Source: Paraspadella gotoi (lineage: Eukaryota > Animalia > Chaetognatha). Taken from it: a DNA stretch of 64,000 nucleotides. Location of the stretch: NCBI GenBank assembly GCA_051294375.1, contig CM119264.1, positions 17,372,278 to 17,436,277 of the forward strand, written 5' to 3'. Both the position numbers and the translations under genes were made by a program. Position 1 is the stretch's first letter; every line of letters starts with the position of its first letter. This document shows, in pieces, positions 50,237 through 64,000 of the stretch. The notes under the pieces are model-generated. The model was given only the letters and a program-made list of their open reading frames with translations, was not told the origin of the DNA and searched no databases.

Positions 50237-52093
50237 NNNNNNNNNNNNNNNNNNNNNNNNNAGAGAGAGATTCTAGCGCTTTCAATTTTCTAGAAGGCTG
50301 ATGTTTTTTTAATTTTTTTGAAATATTTTGAATTTTCTTGGCAAACCATTATTCTCAATGAGGCATAGGTTGGAAATTTTTTTTTCCGCAACAATTTTTA
50401 AAAAATTTCAATCGTTTTTTAAATTAGGCTTTGTTTTTAAGGAAAATAAATAAATCTAATTATTATACAATGGGTACATCTGAAAGTGATATGTCTCTAA
50501 AATGACAAATAAATTTTCGTTGCAAGTTTTATTTTAAAATTTAAGTATTGTATCAATTAGAAATAAAGTGAGATACTCCCGCTTTGCCAAAATTTTTATT
50601 TAACATAAAGATTTGGTACTGCGTAGTTTGAAAAAAATTTATTTTTTTTATAACTTTTGAGAAAAGAGGCTAGCAAGATGGGTGTGGTATCAAATTACAG
50701 AGCCCTAATCATGGGACACCTTTTTTAAAAAAGTTTTATTAAATTAAATCCATAAAATTTTTATACAGCTTTTGTTTTAAATCAAGAGTTAAAAGTATAA
50801 CAGTTTTTTTGCTTTAAAAAATTTTTTTTTTTTTTTCAATGGGGAAGGCATAATGTATTTTTTTGTATTTTGCTTTTGTAAATTTGAAAAAGGAAAGACT
50901 GAATTTACATTTTGATTATTATTAAAATTTTTCTTTATTCCATAAAACTGCTTATATTTTTAAGTTAAAGTAAAACAAGCAAAATTTGGTGTAGCTTGAT
51001 AAAATGTTTTTTTTAAATATCAAAATGATAAATACAAAAAATGTTTTCAGCTGATATGAAACAGTCTGGACATCTACCTCTTGGTCTGTGAAAAAAAATT
51101 ACAATTTTTCATTATCTTTAACTGGCAAACTAAAAGCTTGACACACTGCTTGTTATCATAATAAAGTTTTAAAAAATTATATAACTGCAATATATTTGAC
51201 AAAGCAAAGACATCATTGTGTTAAATTGTATTGGATAATTTTCTTTTAAAATATTATGCAAGGAATTTAATTCTATTATCTATTTATCCATTTTAAATTA
51301 ATAAAAATATTTCTCGTATAGCCCATTAGAAAGGGTACATTGACTGACTTAATGATGGAATTTTTTAAAGATATCTTTAACTGCTTCATTTCCACAAGAT
51401 ATAAAAGGGTCATGGTTATCATGTCAGTAAGTCCAGATTATCTGTACCCTTTATACAACCTGCATTATGAATTTTCTTTTTTTCCCTTTCAAATGTTATT
51501 AAATAAAAAAAAATTTATTTGAGAGAACAATCGGCGTGGAGGATGCGCATTGGTAGCCTTAGTTACCCCAACTTTCCCGTCGAATTTGTTAAATGAGGTT
51601 TTTTTTTTCCAATCTATTTGAGAACATAACACTAACTATTGGTACTTTATTTTTTTTTATTTTTTTTCCTATACAATTCTAGGATAAATATGAATAAGTA
51701 ACTTTTTAAAAAACTTATCATCTTTCAACCCTATATTTGGTCATATCTAAAAAACAAAAAAGATTTTTTGCATTGATATTTTTGGATATCCGACATATGA
51801 AACTATATATGTTTCAAAATAAAAAGAAAATATAATAATATTGAACAGTGAAATTTTTTTTTATGCACGGAAACAGTAACGCGCACGTTATTTTTGCATT
51901 GGTGTCATATAGACATGGGATTTTTGGCTCTCAGATTTATAAATGTTATTACTTTTTTCCAATAGATGATCAGACATCTACCTCCAATCTTGGGGTTTTA
52001 ACTCAAAGGAGCAGTCAGGATTTTGGGGAAACAATCCTTCTGAAAAACCATTAAGAAGATAGAGAGAGAGAGAGAGAGAGAGAAGAGAGAGAG

Positions 52094-52138
<45 letters not shown>

Positions 52139-53665
52139 ATCGTGAAGGATTTGGTGGCTTTGCATTTGGCCAAAATTTTTCCCCTTTCTGGTTATTTGCT
52201 TATTCTACAAAAAGTATGGATGCAATGCCTGGCAGTTGGAGGCCGCGTTACGAGGAAAGCCAAAGTCTCAGCTTGAGTCTAAGATAATGGGAGCTTTTTT
52301 TAAAATCTCTCTTGCAATCGTTAGAGCCAGGATAGAGTGAGTTAGCTAAGCAGATGAAAATCGGAGTACAAGTCCCTAAATTGTTAGAATTTACAGAGAA
52401 AAGGAACCAAAATAACAAAGGATGTATAAAGTTCTGCAATAAAAAAAAAACAGATTTTGACTCTCAAACGCGTTGGGCCAAGAAACACGGCGATATTCCG
52501 CTGATGCGGTTCAATAGACCGTAATAAGCAAAATGGCACTTCATCGCTCACGTGACCCTCACCTTGCGCGCTGCGTAACTCACAACGAAGCCGAGGAAAT
52601 AAAAAAAATCGCCACCCGTCTACGGCTTTTTTTTTTCTATTTTCCCCGCGCCAACAAGTACGCTCTCTTAGCGGCACGCCCCCTGCTTTCCGACTCCCGC
52701 CCCCGCCCCCGCCAGAGAAAACCCCCGATTTATCGATGGTCCAAAACGATTGCGCAATTTCCTTCACGCTTGCGCGATAAACGTCAAGGCGATTTCTCAA
52801 AAGCGATATCGTCGCGGCCTCCCGTGAAACCGCCTCCCTCCCACGCCTCCTTCGGCCGCCCTCCCCTCCTCACGTTCGCCTCTCTAAATCTGCGAAGCCC
52901 TAAACCGTTTTTATGAATTATTACATTTTTTCTGTGGATAATATTTTTCCATTTATTGACAGAGCCTTTTTTTTTTTCAGCGTAATGAGGGGTGTGAAAC
53001 GTTGAGAGTGGAAAAAGGATGGATAAAGTCGAGGTGAAAATAGGAAGTTGCTTCAAAAATTTTCTGTAAAACCCGGAAAAAAAATATCGAGGTTGAATTT
53101 AAATTCCAATTTCTGGCGTCGGCGCCGCTGCCGGCGCCGGCGCCGTCCTGCCTGCTTGTCGCTTGCCGCTGCTGTCGCCGGCGACGACGTCCCTTCCTAA
53201 GCTTCTCGTCGAAAAAAAAAGAATTATATTCAATATGACACGAAAACATTTTAATTTACGCTTAAAATCGGGCTCTCAAACTTTCTCTCTCTTTCTCTTC
53301 CCTCGCTCACAAGATTCTCAAATTCTAATTCAATTTCTGAAGGCCGCCCTGCCCTCCGAAAATCGGCGGGTGGGGTTGAACGGAAGAAAACAGACGGTAA
53401 GAAATTAAAGTAGAAAAAGCGAAAAACGACGTTGGTTGGGCGAGACGGAGGCTGGCAAACCGAATACGCCCGAAACAATTTTGATGAAAACAAATCCAGG
53501 AATAAATTTCAGCGGCGGCGGCGGCGTCGCCATTGATGGTGACCGTCGATATGAGTAGCGAGTTGAATGGGCGGCTTGTGGCGGCGGATCAGATCGGAGG
53601 GGAGGCGCAATATTTGGAAAGCGTTTGAATGAAAATAAGCATGCGCAAAATATCACGATGAAAGG

Positions 53666-53711
<46 letters not shown>

Positions 53712-56470
53712 AGAGAGAGAGAGAGTGAGAGTGAGGAGTGAGAGAGAGGGGAGAGTAAGACACGGGTGGTGTGGTTGAGGAATTAAAAACAGAGAAATAG
53801 CCCCGATCGGAAGGAAAAAAAGGGAGAATTGTTTTAACGACAATCTGCGACGTTAACGAGTGCCTCCCAATCATGGTCTATGATCGTCGACGGAAGTGAA
53901 GCCTAAAGTCTAACAACGCGTTTTGTTTGCTACGACGTTATTTTACGACTTGGCCGAGGCGCCGTTATTGCGCCTCGTCATTGTCGTCGCCTTCTCGTCA
54001 AAACGATTGCGTCTTTACTTTAAGAAGGTAATTGGTGTCGCTGCCGATCGCAAACAGCATCGTTAGAGGTATTGCGGGTTTCTCGATGCTAGTTCCATGT
54101 CGTGGCGCAATATGGAAAGGATTCTCTCGAGGGCGACAAAAACAAAAACGAATTTTGGAAGTTTTTAATGGCTTTTTCCAGCTTTAAAACCGGTTGAGTC
54201 AGTGAGCTGTTAAAGACACCTACTACGCAGTTGTCTCGGCCTTTTAATTCCTAGAAGAAAAAAAATTAATCCAACAAATACACAAGCCCCTTTACCCCCT
54301 TGGCCAGATCCTCTCAACAACTCCTGGAAAACCCCTTTATTGACGCACAGTGAGAAAAAATGGCGTCGTTCATTGTTTTCGACTCCGGTCGTTTGGTTCC
54401 TCTTTCATTCACAACCATTCACAACCAATGGATACTTTCACACTTTCACTTTTACCAAACCGGAAGTGGAGGGGCGTCGGTCGGCATCGGCCGCGCCGCT
54501 CGGGAAAATTATCTGCCGTCATCGTTCCGCGACGCGACGGGCGTAATTAACCGCGGACGGTGCGGCTCCAATTAGCGATCGTCCTTTCCGACTTCGCGAA
54601 CGTTGGCTACGGCCCTCCGCACCCCGTTTCCTATTCAAGCTCCCGCCCGCAGTATAAGACGTCGTCGCCGCCGCTACCAGCGCCTCATTCTTCGTCTTAG
54701 ACGCTAGTGTCGCCCATAGGCAACGTTCCACGATTTAGATATATGTATTAAATATAGATATATGTATATGTATTAAAGATATGTGTTATGTATATGTATA
54801 TGCATATATGTATGTATATGTATTAAAGATGTCCCCAAGCGATTTATTTTTTTCTTTTTAATTGAGCAAACCATTCTTCTCTGGACGTCCTTTCGAGTAA
54901 TGGTTTCTTATTCAGGTGTTTCCGGTAAAACTAAAATAGGCTTTCACCGAAAAGATCTCATCACATCTCAATACAGGATGGTTCCACTTTCTCACTGCCA
55001 CTATCTATTCTCACGGTCTCACCGCTCGTCGGTCTAATATCTCGATTCATTTCTTTCTTTTCTCTCTCTTTTGAAGCTATTTTTATCTCACTTATCCTTC
55101 TGCCAATTTTCTATGTTGGTCTTCTTTCAATTCTAACGATCCGCCGGGTCGTCGCCTTCCCTTCTTTCCGTTTTCTTTCCCATCTCACATCTCCAAACTC
55201 CCATCTCACATCTCCCATCTTCCATTTTATTATTTTATTATTTTATTATTCCCAATTATGCTCTTGTCAGTGGCCAATCTCCCCTTCATCATTTCTCTTT
55301 CAGTTTCTTTACTCTTCTCTCGTTTCCCTTCGTTTCTCTCTTTCTCCTCGTTGGAATCTTCTCGCATTCTAACGCTTTTATGAAATTGGTACTACCAATG
55401 TAAAAATTATCCATTCATTTAATAAACAAGCTTGCCCCTGACTTTGGACAGGCTTTGGTGATTTAAGGCCTCCATCACTCTTACAAGATAATGTCATAAC
55501 AAGCTTTCAATCAACACTCTCTCACAGTCTCGTTTATTCACTCCCAGAGCAACTAGCTTCCCTATCAATGAAGTGGTATAATGTTTCAAAGAATGTTTCA
55601 ATTGTATGAAAAGACCACTCCCTTAAGTATTATATCGGGGAATACTATATTGTACTCCGCCCAGCATCAAAATACAAGGAGCTGAATTTTATTTTTTCAC
55701 TTCTTTTTTCTCGTAAACAATCGTCATCATCATCTTCATCATCGTTCTTATCTTCTACTGCTTCCTGCAACCCTCTCGATTAGACGAAGCCGAAAGGCGA
55801 TTTACCTTCGATTCTCAAAACGAAAACCAGAAATGTAACAGACCCGCCCCAGAGACGAGACCCGGGCAGAAACGGACCCTCTCAAAACATTTCCCCCTTC
55901 TTTCCCACCCAATGACGCCCAAACTTGACGCCGACATTCATCACCGAACGGCGGGAAAATCCCGAACGACGGTGGAATATTAATTACGCTTGATTTACGG
56001 TTGGCGTCGGTTGGCGCGTGGTGGCGCGGTCGGCGGTTCGAGGTATGGACGTCAGAAGGGTAGTCGCCGCCTTTTTCTCGTCGTCGTCATCGTCGCTCAC
56101 TGACCCTTCCAGGTCCAGTCACCTCGGAAATCGCCGATGTTTCCGACGCCGCCCGCCGCCGATAATCCGAATGATAGATTCGCCGCTACCGCCGCTCATG
56201 CCGCAGCCGCCCACGCCGCAGCCGGCGCGTCCGCCGCAGCGGCCTGGCCCGTTGCCGTCAAACCCCGACCCTTCCATCCATTCAATTCTATCTTTTGATC
56301 CTGAGAATTACTTTGGAATCGTCGAGTTGAGCTCGACCCAAATGTCGAGGATTTTCTCGCCCAGGCCACGCCCGCCACCGCCGAGAAAATGTCCCTGCCG
56401 CCCGGGAAATATTTCCGGTCGAGAATAATCGAGGCTGAACTTTAGTAATTGAGAAGAGAGCGAGAGCGAG

Positions 56471-56505
<35 letters not shown>

Positions 56506-57325
56506 TCTCTTTATAATTTTATCTTTATTGAAAAACTTTTTGGTCCTTTCAATCTACCTTCATTTTATAACAAACTAGGCTCATGAATGTGCCGTGAACA
56601 CTATTTCAAAGAATGTTAGGGCGCACTACTAATATCCTTAGCAATGGTATCATTTCTGGAACGAGAACCATTTAGATTTTTTTTACGCTGTTGATCTTTT
56701 TTTTATGACATTCGATGAGGAAAAAAACGGGGCTCGTTTCGACTTCGGCTTTGGCTCGATTCCACGTTTAATTCCGAAACTCTTTCACTCCTCTTTTCTT
56801 CTCTTTTTTTCTCTCTTATCTCTTCTTCTTTTCCAGTAACCCATTCTCAAGCAAAGAAAATTTGTTCTTTCGCATAATCATTTTCCCCTTCTTTTTCTTC
56901 CCTTCCCTCTCTTGCCCTTTTGGCTCTCGTCCTTGATTTTCGTGCATTGGCTCTTTTTTTTTTGTCAGGTTATTTTTTACTTTTCTTTCTCTCTACTACC
57001 AAACTTTAAATTCTATCCGATACCCAAAGAATAATTATCCCAGCTGCTGTAAAAAAAAATAACAAAAAATAATCAAGGTTTTGGTTCACAGCACAATTCC
57101 GTCGTCCTTTTTCGAAATTGGTTTGACTCTGCCAAACTCTTTGCGACCAAATATAAACGACGGGTTTTACAATCTTCTCCAGTGTCGTTGTCTCCTCTCA
57201 AAAAGCGGTTGTGTCTTATACGCTCCTAACGGTCTCGTCACNNNNNNNNNNNNNNNNNNNNNNNNNTCGTCACTTATAGTCTACTATTAGCGCCTCTCTC
57301 TCTTCTCCCTTCTCTCTCTCTCTCT

Positions 57326-57397
<72 letters not shown>

Positions 57398-57402
<5 letters not shown>

Positions 57403-57931
57403 TTTTCTCGCCTCTTTAACAATTTCCTCCATTTCGCTCTTTGGTGTTTACTTTTTTCCGTTTTCGCTTTTGTTAAACTCCCGTAATGTGTTTTTATGGA
57501 GAGGAGATGAGGGAGCTAAACAATCGTCGTCCTTCTTCTTCGCTTTTCGACGTTCTGGTGGTGTTGTTGTTTGTTGTCCCAGGACAGGGAGCCGTTCCTT
57601 TGACGGGGCTGAGGAAAACGTGTCCCTCGACTTGATTGCTATAAAAGAGAGGCTCATCTAGTCGGTTACGATCTGAGTGACCTTTCTGGCATATCGCCTC
57701 TCTCGTCACACACGTCGTCGTCGCGTTGTCGTCGTCTCGTCGTCGTCGCCACTCTTCATCTCCAAATTCCATAACGACACCTCATCCCTACTCGACGGGT
57801 TCAAAGTCTTTTGTCGCCAAGTTTGGGAAGTTGTTATCTTCTCGGCAGTTTATGTGTTGAGCGTCGTGCGTGCGGAAGTCGAGAGCGAGAAAAGAGAGAG
57901 AGAGAATGAGAGATAGAGAGAGAGAGATGAG

Positions 57932-57983
<52 letters not shown>

Positions 57984-58150
57984 AGAGAGAGAGAGAGGAG
58001 GGGGAGGGAGACAATAGACAATAGACAATATTAATTAAGCGCGGCTTTAAGGCTCGAGAGAGAGAGTTGACAGATCATCAGTCCTGAAGGAATTATTTGA
58101 TTAAATCTTAAAAGTGCTTCGCAAGCAAAGAATATATCGATTTAGAGATA
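57398..58150 (+). repeat. Indel-rich duplicate of 63305-64000, near a 25-N gap
   Basis: Shared CCAGGACAGGGAGCCGTT...GAGGCTCATCTAGTCGGTTACGATC...GACAATAGACAATATTAATTAA. Confidence 0.9.
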
Positions 58151-58958
58151 TTTTTGTTTGTCCAAGATGAAGGCGATTCTTTTCGGATATGAATCTAAAA
58201 TTTTCATGCGAAACGTTAAGAAATGAAATGTAAGATAAAGAGGTTGATTCGGATCAAAGTTTAAACTAAGTAATCTAGTATTGCAAACGGACGGCAATTT
58301 TTTTCTCGGCCGGCCGCTGCAGCAGCGGAAAGCGGTGCAGCATTGAGGATGCGGCGTCATCGCCGGCGTCGGCGCCATCGGAGGCGGGAGCGATGAAGAA
58401 TCTACGGACTCCGGAGATTCTAGATTTTCGAGAAGAAGAGGAAGCTGAGAACAAGAGGGAGTGGGAGTGAAAGAAAAGAGGATATAAGACCGGCGATAAA
58501 TAAAAAAGGAGGAGAAAATAAAGAAAAAGTGCATTTGGAGGAGAGAATTGCGGGTGAGAAAGGGTAAAAAAAAATAAAATAGGAAAATGCCAGAGGGAAC
58601 AAGAAAAAATTGAAAACGGCCGGGGGAAATATGATAATGAACGAGATGACGAAGCCATAGGAGAGGGTGGAAAGGGAAAGAAAGGGCGGAAGGGGCTTGA
58701 TGGAAATTTTGGGAGGGGGCCGACCAATAAAAAGGAGGAGACCCGCGAGGAATTACGAGATGAAGAGCGAGGAAAACTCGTTGGGCCGAGGAAAGTGGAT
58801 CTTCGTTGAGGAAGAAGAAGAAGAAGAAGAAGAAGAAGAAGAAGAGAAGAAGAAGAAGAAGAAGAAGAAGACAAAAAAAAAAAGAAGAAGAAGAAGAAGC
58901 TAATATAAATTTAATTTTCTTCCTTATTTGCCGCCGCTTTCTGATTGGCCTTTGAAAA

Positions 58959-59081
58959 GTGCGACCGGTTTGTGACCGCGTGTGACCGGTCACACTCCGG
59001 TCGCACGACAATTTGTGACTGCTGTGACTTGTGTGACCGCCTTTTTGACCGGTGCTGTGACTGCTTGTGGACCGCTTGTGA
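58959..59081. repeat. Cluster of TGTGACC(G) motifs with nested palindromes
   Basis: About 9 (T/G)TGAC(C/T) motifs; GTGCGACCGG/CCGGTCGCAC arms enclose the palindrome GTGTGACCGGTCACAC. Confidence 0.75.
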
Positions 59082-62000
59082 ACGCGAAAAGAGCAAAGTG
59101 ATTCCAGGCCTCCATTATTGGTTTGAAATATAGAAGAAGTGACCGAGGATTCTATTGGTCGTATTTGCTTGAATTACGATTGGTGGCTTTTCCTTAAAAC
59201 TTTAAACCTTTTGTTTAAATCTTCATTTTAAAATAATTTAAAATAATATAAATCTAAAGAGTTGCGCTAGAGATACTTTACTTTTCCAAATAACTTTAAA
59301 AAAAAGAAAATAGGCATACAATTTATTGCTTTTAAAACTTAACTCTTTATTTTAACAAAATTCCGACATTTTATAAATTTTTATTATTTTAATTTAAAAA
59401 TTTAATTAAAAAAAAATTAAATTTATAGTTAAAATTTTAAATTCTAATTCAAATTCAATGTAAAATGTTAAGGTGACATGAGGAGAGATATAGAGATGAG
59501 AGTGACTCGACTAAAAATCTGCCTTTGGAAGGAAAAAACAAATTGAGCCCAATTATTTAATTATCAACCTGAAAACCTAAAGTATAAGACAACAACAACA
59601 TGTATTTTGATTCCTTTTATTTTCTTTTATTAACAGAAAGAAATTGAATTATTTTCGGGTAGGATTGAACCCAAACATTTAGTAAAAGAACCCATTCTTT
59701 ATTGCACGTGCAAATGAAACCATTAAGAATTCTCAATAAATATTATATGTACCAATTTTGTCCCAAGGAATACATTAACAATGTGTCCAGGTAATATTTA
59801 CGTTGGCACAAATGTGAACTGAAATAAGTGAACTCTCATAAAACTATTTAACTTACTGACATATGTGCTTACTTGGTAAAATTGGCAACCTAATCCCAAA
59901 TATAAGTGGAGTCAAAGGAATGATCCATAATTGATAATGTATAAAAAAATGTTCAACAAGAAAAAAACCGAGCCAGGTATTTGAACTACGCACGACATTT
60001 TTTGCCCTGCTACACATAAAGATATAACAGCCCGGCTTGTTCCTTCCAACAATTATTAATTTTTCAAATTATTGTTTTATGAGACAAAACTTTATTAATT
60101 CTAATTCCTTCCCTAATATTCTTAAAATATGAAAAAGACAAAGATGGGAAGATATGTTATAAAAACTCGTCTCCTATATAGTTGCATGAAGTATTATAAA
60201 GTAGTATTATAATCTTTCGGAATATAGAACAACTCGGCCGAGTGGGAGGCTATCCATAATGCCTTATACAATTAAAAATAATAACATTTATTCAGGCAGG
60301 ATGGAACCCACCAACAACCTGTTCAGAAATTAAGGAGTTTAACTGCAATTGTAATAAGAGCAAGCCAATTTTTTTTAAAAGGGAGGATTTTAAAAACAGA
60401 CTGTCTATATCTCCAAAAAATATTTTTCCCAGTGTGGATAAGACTTACTATTTTTATTCCCTATGTACAAATTTATCGTGAAATCTAAATCTTTAAGCTT
60501 TCATCTTCTTGAAGTCCGAAGTCAACATGTAGGTCGGGCATTTCCTAAGAGTTCACCATGCCTATAAGACAGTAAACCTTTTTTTAGTCGTTACCCGCTC
60601 GGCTTATTGAGTAAATCTATCAGCTTAGGACCATTCCATTAACCGGGTTCAAGTCCAAACCCTGCTGGGAGTTTAAAAACTATTTTTTAAATTTTTGACA
60701 TTATATAAAGGGTAGTTACTTTATTTCAAAATAAGCTGGACTGGGCTTACAATATAAGTAGAAAAAGAAAAATAAGAGCGAAACTAAATTGTTTTTGCAC
60801 AGGAAATTGCAACTAGCATTATAACAAATTGTTATTTCTTCTTATTTTTAAGCTTAATTAAAAAAATAATTTTTGTACTTGTGCTGCAAATTCGAGGGTC
60901 TATTTTTATTTTTAGGTTTATTATTTTTATTATCGTGCTATTTTTATTTCTAGTGCTACAATTGTGTACCAAAATTATACTCTAAACATTAACAAAACAA
61001 ACTCGTTTATGGTTCTACTATTTTATTTGCACAGATTTGCACTAGAAGCGAGGCCAGGAAACTAGAGCGAATTGTTCCATAACAAATTTAAAGATTTGCA
61101 CAGATTCTTTTCATTTTTATTTCTGTGCAAAAACTTTTGGCAAACTATTAATATGTAACTTTTACATATTATCCTATTCATAGGTTTTTATATAAAGTTA
61201 AAAAAACAATTTTGCCCCTAATCAAAATAAAAATCCTCATTAAAAAGCCTTAAAACAAGCGAGTCTAAAATACTGCACTAAATACTATAATTTTTAGCCG
61301 GTATTGTTATATTCCTGTGGCAAATCTGTATTTCATATTTACTTCTCTGTCAGAGAGACAAAGCAATTGTTTCTTTGAACAGTATTACTCATAGCACCGA
61401 GTTCAAGAGGAGGTTGAAGGTGAAAAGTTGGAATCATAAATTTAGCAGATATATCTGAAAACTATTATATAGTGTAATACTAATCTGTAGTTATTGGTGT
61501 CCAGTGCGCTGGCACCTTTTTTAATAGTATATTGGTAGCCCAGTCAGCTTATTTTGTATATAGTACTACCCTTTATAATGTTCAAAATTTAAAAAAATAG
61601 TTTTTTAGAGAAAACAAAGTGTTTTGAATTTGTGGACAACGATTTATTTTAATAGACGGGTTCGATGTCTTCATTTCAAACTCACAAACTTTTCAGTTGT
61701 TTCATTGACTTTGGAGAGAAAGAAGAAGGAGGAGAGGCAGAGAGAGAGAGAGAGAGTCTCCAGGCATGCCAACAAAGAATTGAGTAAAGGACCAGTGTTC
61801 AGATGTGAGGACAGCGTGAAAGTGAAGGGAAGGGAAGGAGATTTAAGTAAATGGAAATTTGGTGAAAAAGAGAGAGAGAAAAACAGGAGATACAGACTTC
61901 TAAGGAAAATACAGACTCATGAGAAAATTTAAACCTTTTTTTCAAAAATTATGTCATAAAATAGTGTTGCATTTACAAAAAACTATATTTTAAGGTGGGA

Positions 62001-64000
62001 AATTTTAATTTATAAAAATTTTATGTATTTTTATTTCTATTGCTATTGCACAGTTATTCCTGAGCCAAATGTTTGTGCGAATTGATTTTTATTGCACAGG
62101 TTTGCGAAGAAAGACAAAGAAATTATTTTTTGCTCGAGATTGTTACAGCATTACAAACTAAATAGAAAAAAAAATTTTACTGTTTAAAAAAGGACAAAAA
62201 ATTAATACATTTGGTAATGTTTCAACAGTGAAAAAAGAAATAAAAACTAAGAATTAAATAACAAAGCATTTAACTAATAATTGTTTTGTGAAAAATTGGA
62301 GATTTTTGAAATAATGAAAATTGAAGAATTGAAATTTGGAAATGGGAAGGACTAAGTTATGAGGGATAAGTTAAGATAAAAGGGTAAGAGAAAAATAAGG
62401 TGGAGAAAGAGCTCAAATTGAGCTGGCCCCCCCCTGGCAGGGCAAATGAAGGGCGATACGTTAACAATGAGCTCGGGTATTGGCTCTGTAATGCAGTTTG
62501 AGAGGATATTGTGGTTGGTAGCTGGGAGAGGTTGGAGTCTGGCAAGGATCCTTCTGGAAACTTGCCAAGCGCACTCAATATCTCTCTGACCTCGATAAGG
62601 CCTTGCCGAGAGCCCTCTCCTCTCACCTGATGTGAGGCAGGCATTGTTCTGTTCTGGCCTGTTTAGAAACAGGAGAGATACAGACTCTAAGAACAGATTC
62701 AGATTCCTCATGAAAAAATTGAAAGAGAAAATTTAAACTTTTTTCAAATCTATGTCCATTAAACTAGGTTGATTTACCCAAAAAACTATATTTAAGGTGG
62801 AAATTATAATTTTAAAAATTTTCATTAATTTTTATCTCTCTTTTCTACTTGGCACAGCTTTTCCTGAGCGCAAACTTTGTGCAATTTTGATTATTTTCTA
62901 TTTTGCACAGGTTTGCGAAATAAGCGCAACCACAGAGACAATATATTTTTTGCTCCTCACGTCAATTCGTACAGCATCTACAACTAATATGAAAAAAATC
63001 TTTACAGTTGGTACCTCTTTAAAAGGTTTAAAATATGAACTCACTCTGCCGTCTTATCATTTATTCCTGTACGCCCAATCTGTTGCATTATATTCCATTT
63101 TTTAGTCTGACTGCTTATCAGCAAGATCAACCGGAGACTCTATTTAACTCACTTTTTCGTCTCGTCCCGCTCCCGCCCCCTCCCTGCACATAATTGTCGC
63201 AACACTTATATCATTGATCAGGAACATCGAATTTATGATAAATTATGCAAAAAAAATTATGTCCGTCCGTCCGTCTTCTGGTCCGTCCGTCGCGCTCATG
63301 CCGTACACACTTTTCCTCGCCTCTTTCAATTTCCTCCATTTCGCTCTTTGTGTTTTTTTTTCCGTTTTCGCTTTTGTTAACTCCCGTAATTGTTTTTATG
63401 GAGAGGAGATGAGGGAGTAAACAATCGTCGTCCTTTTTCTTCGCTTTCGACGTTCTGGTGGTCGTTGTTGTTGTTGTTGTCGCCAGGACAGGGAGCCGTT
63501 TTGACGGGGCTGAGGAAAACGTGCCCCGACTGATTGCTATAAAAAGAGGCTCATCTAGTCGGTTACGATCGAGGGACCTTCTGGCGATATCGCCTCTCGT
63601 CGTCACCAACGTCGTCGTCGTCGTTGTCGTCGTCATCGTCGTCGTCGCCACTCTTCATCTCCAATTCCATAAACGACACCTCATCCCTACTCGACGGTTC
63701 AAAGCTTTTGTCGCCAAGTTTGGAAGTTGTTATCTTCTCGGCAGTTTATGTGTTTGAAGCGTCGTGCGTGCGGAAGTGAGAGCGAGAGAAAGAGAGAGAG
63801 AGAGAGAGAGTGAGAGTGAGAGGGAGAGAGAGAGAGAGAGAGAGGGAGGGAGGGAGACAATAGACAATAGACAATATTAATTAACGCGGCTTTAGGCTCA
63901 AGAGAGAGAGTTAGACAGATCATCAGTTCCGGAAGAATATTTGATTAAATCTTATAGTGCCTTCGGCAAGCAAAGAAATAATCGATTCAGAGATATGTTT

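Noticed and set aside
50262-51905. Possible DNA-transposon fragment after the gap
   Set aside because: AT-rich with no TIR pair, TSD or transposase motif that I can demonstrate.
58142-59011. 289-aa minus-strand ORF
   Set aside because: Phe/Leu/Ser-rich antisense reading of a purine-rich tract containing (GAA)n.
58945-59133. Cys-rich 62-aa ORF (CDR repeats)
   Set aside because: By-product of the TGTGACCG DNA motif; no ATG start.
61890-63010. Diverged direct repeat (~61890-62180 vs ~62670-63005)
   Set aside because: Lies in noisy, apparently unpolished sequence; cannot be separated from read error or given firm boundaries.

Overview
AT-rich eukaryotic genomic DNA, probably from an invertebrate animal. 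It has many (AG)n/(CT)n microsatellites, short GT-AG introns and four assembly gaps. Two host genes are recognisable. One is a 4-exon secreted or surface protein with a somatomedin-B domain (761-2824). The other is a 3-exon SARAF/TMEM66 homologue (35604-39205). Each has a one-base frameshift, probably an assembly indel. The 6-27 kb interval is a dense nest of mobile DNA: (i) a 3'-truncated Ty3/Gypsy gag-pol inside the arms of a fold-back element; (ii) a ~3.3 kb module bracketed by two outward-facing minimal hammerhead ribozymes of the Penelope-like type, holding a decayed tyrosine-recombinase-like ORF, a long-TIR MITE and orphan spliced exons; (iii) a tRNA-Gly-like SINE; (iv) a tandem array of a non-coding LTR retroelement with ~583 bp LTRs, a tRNA-Gly primer-binding site, an AGAG target duplication, a non-canonical TG..GA end and no PPT. 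Several later duplications sit beside 25-N gaps and are probably assembly artefacts. Most ORFs in the supplied track are spurious microsatellite translations. All calls are by eye; no searches were run.
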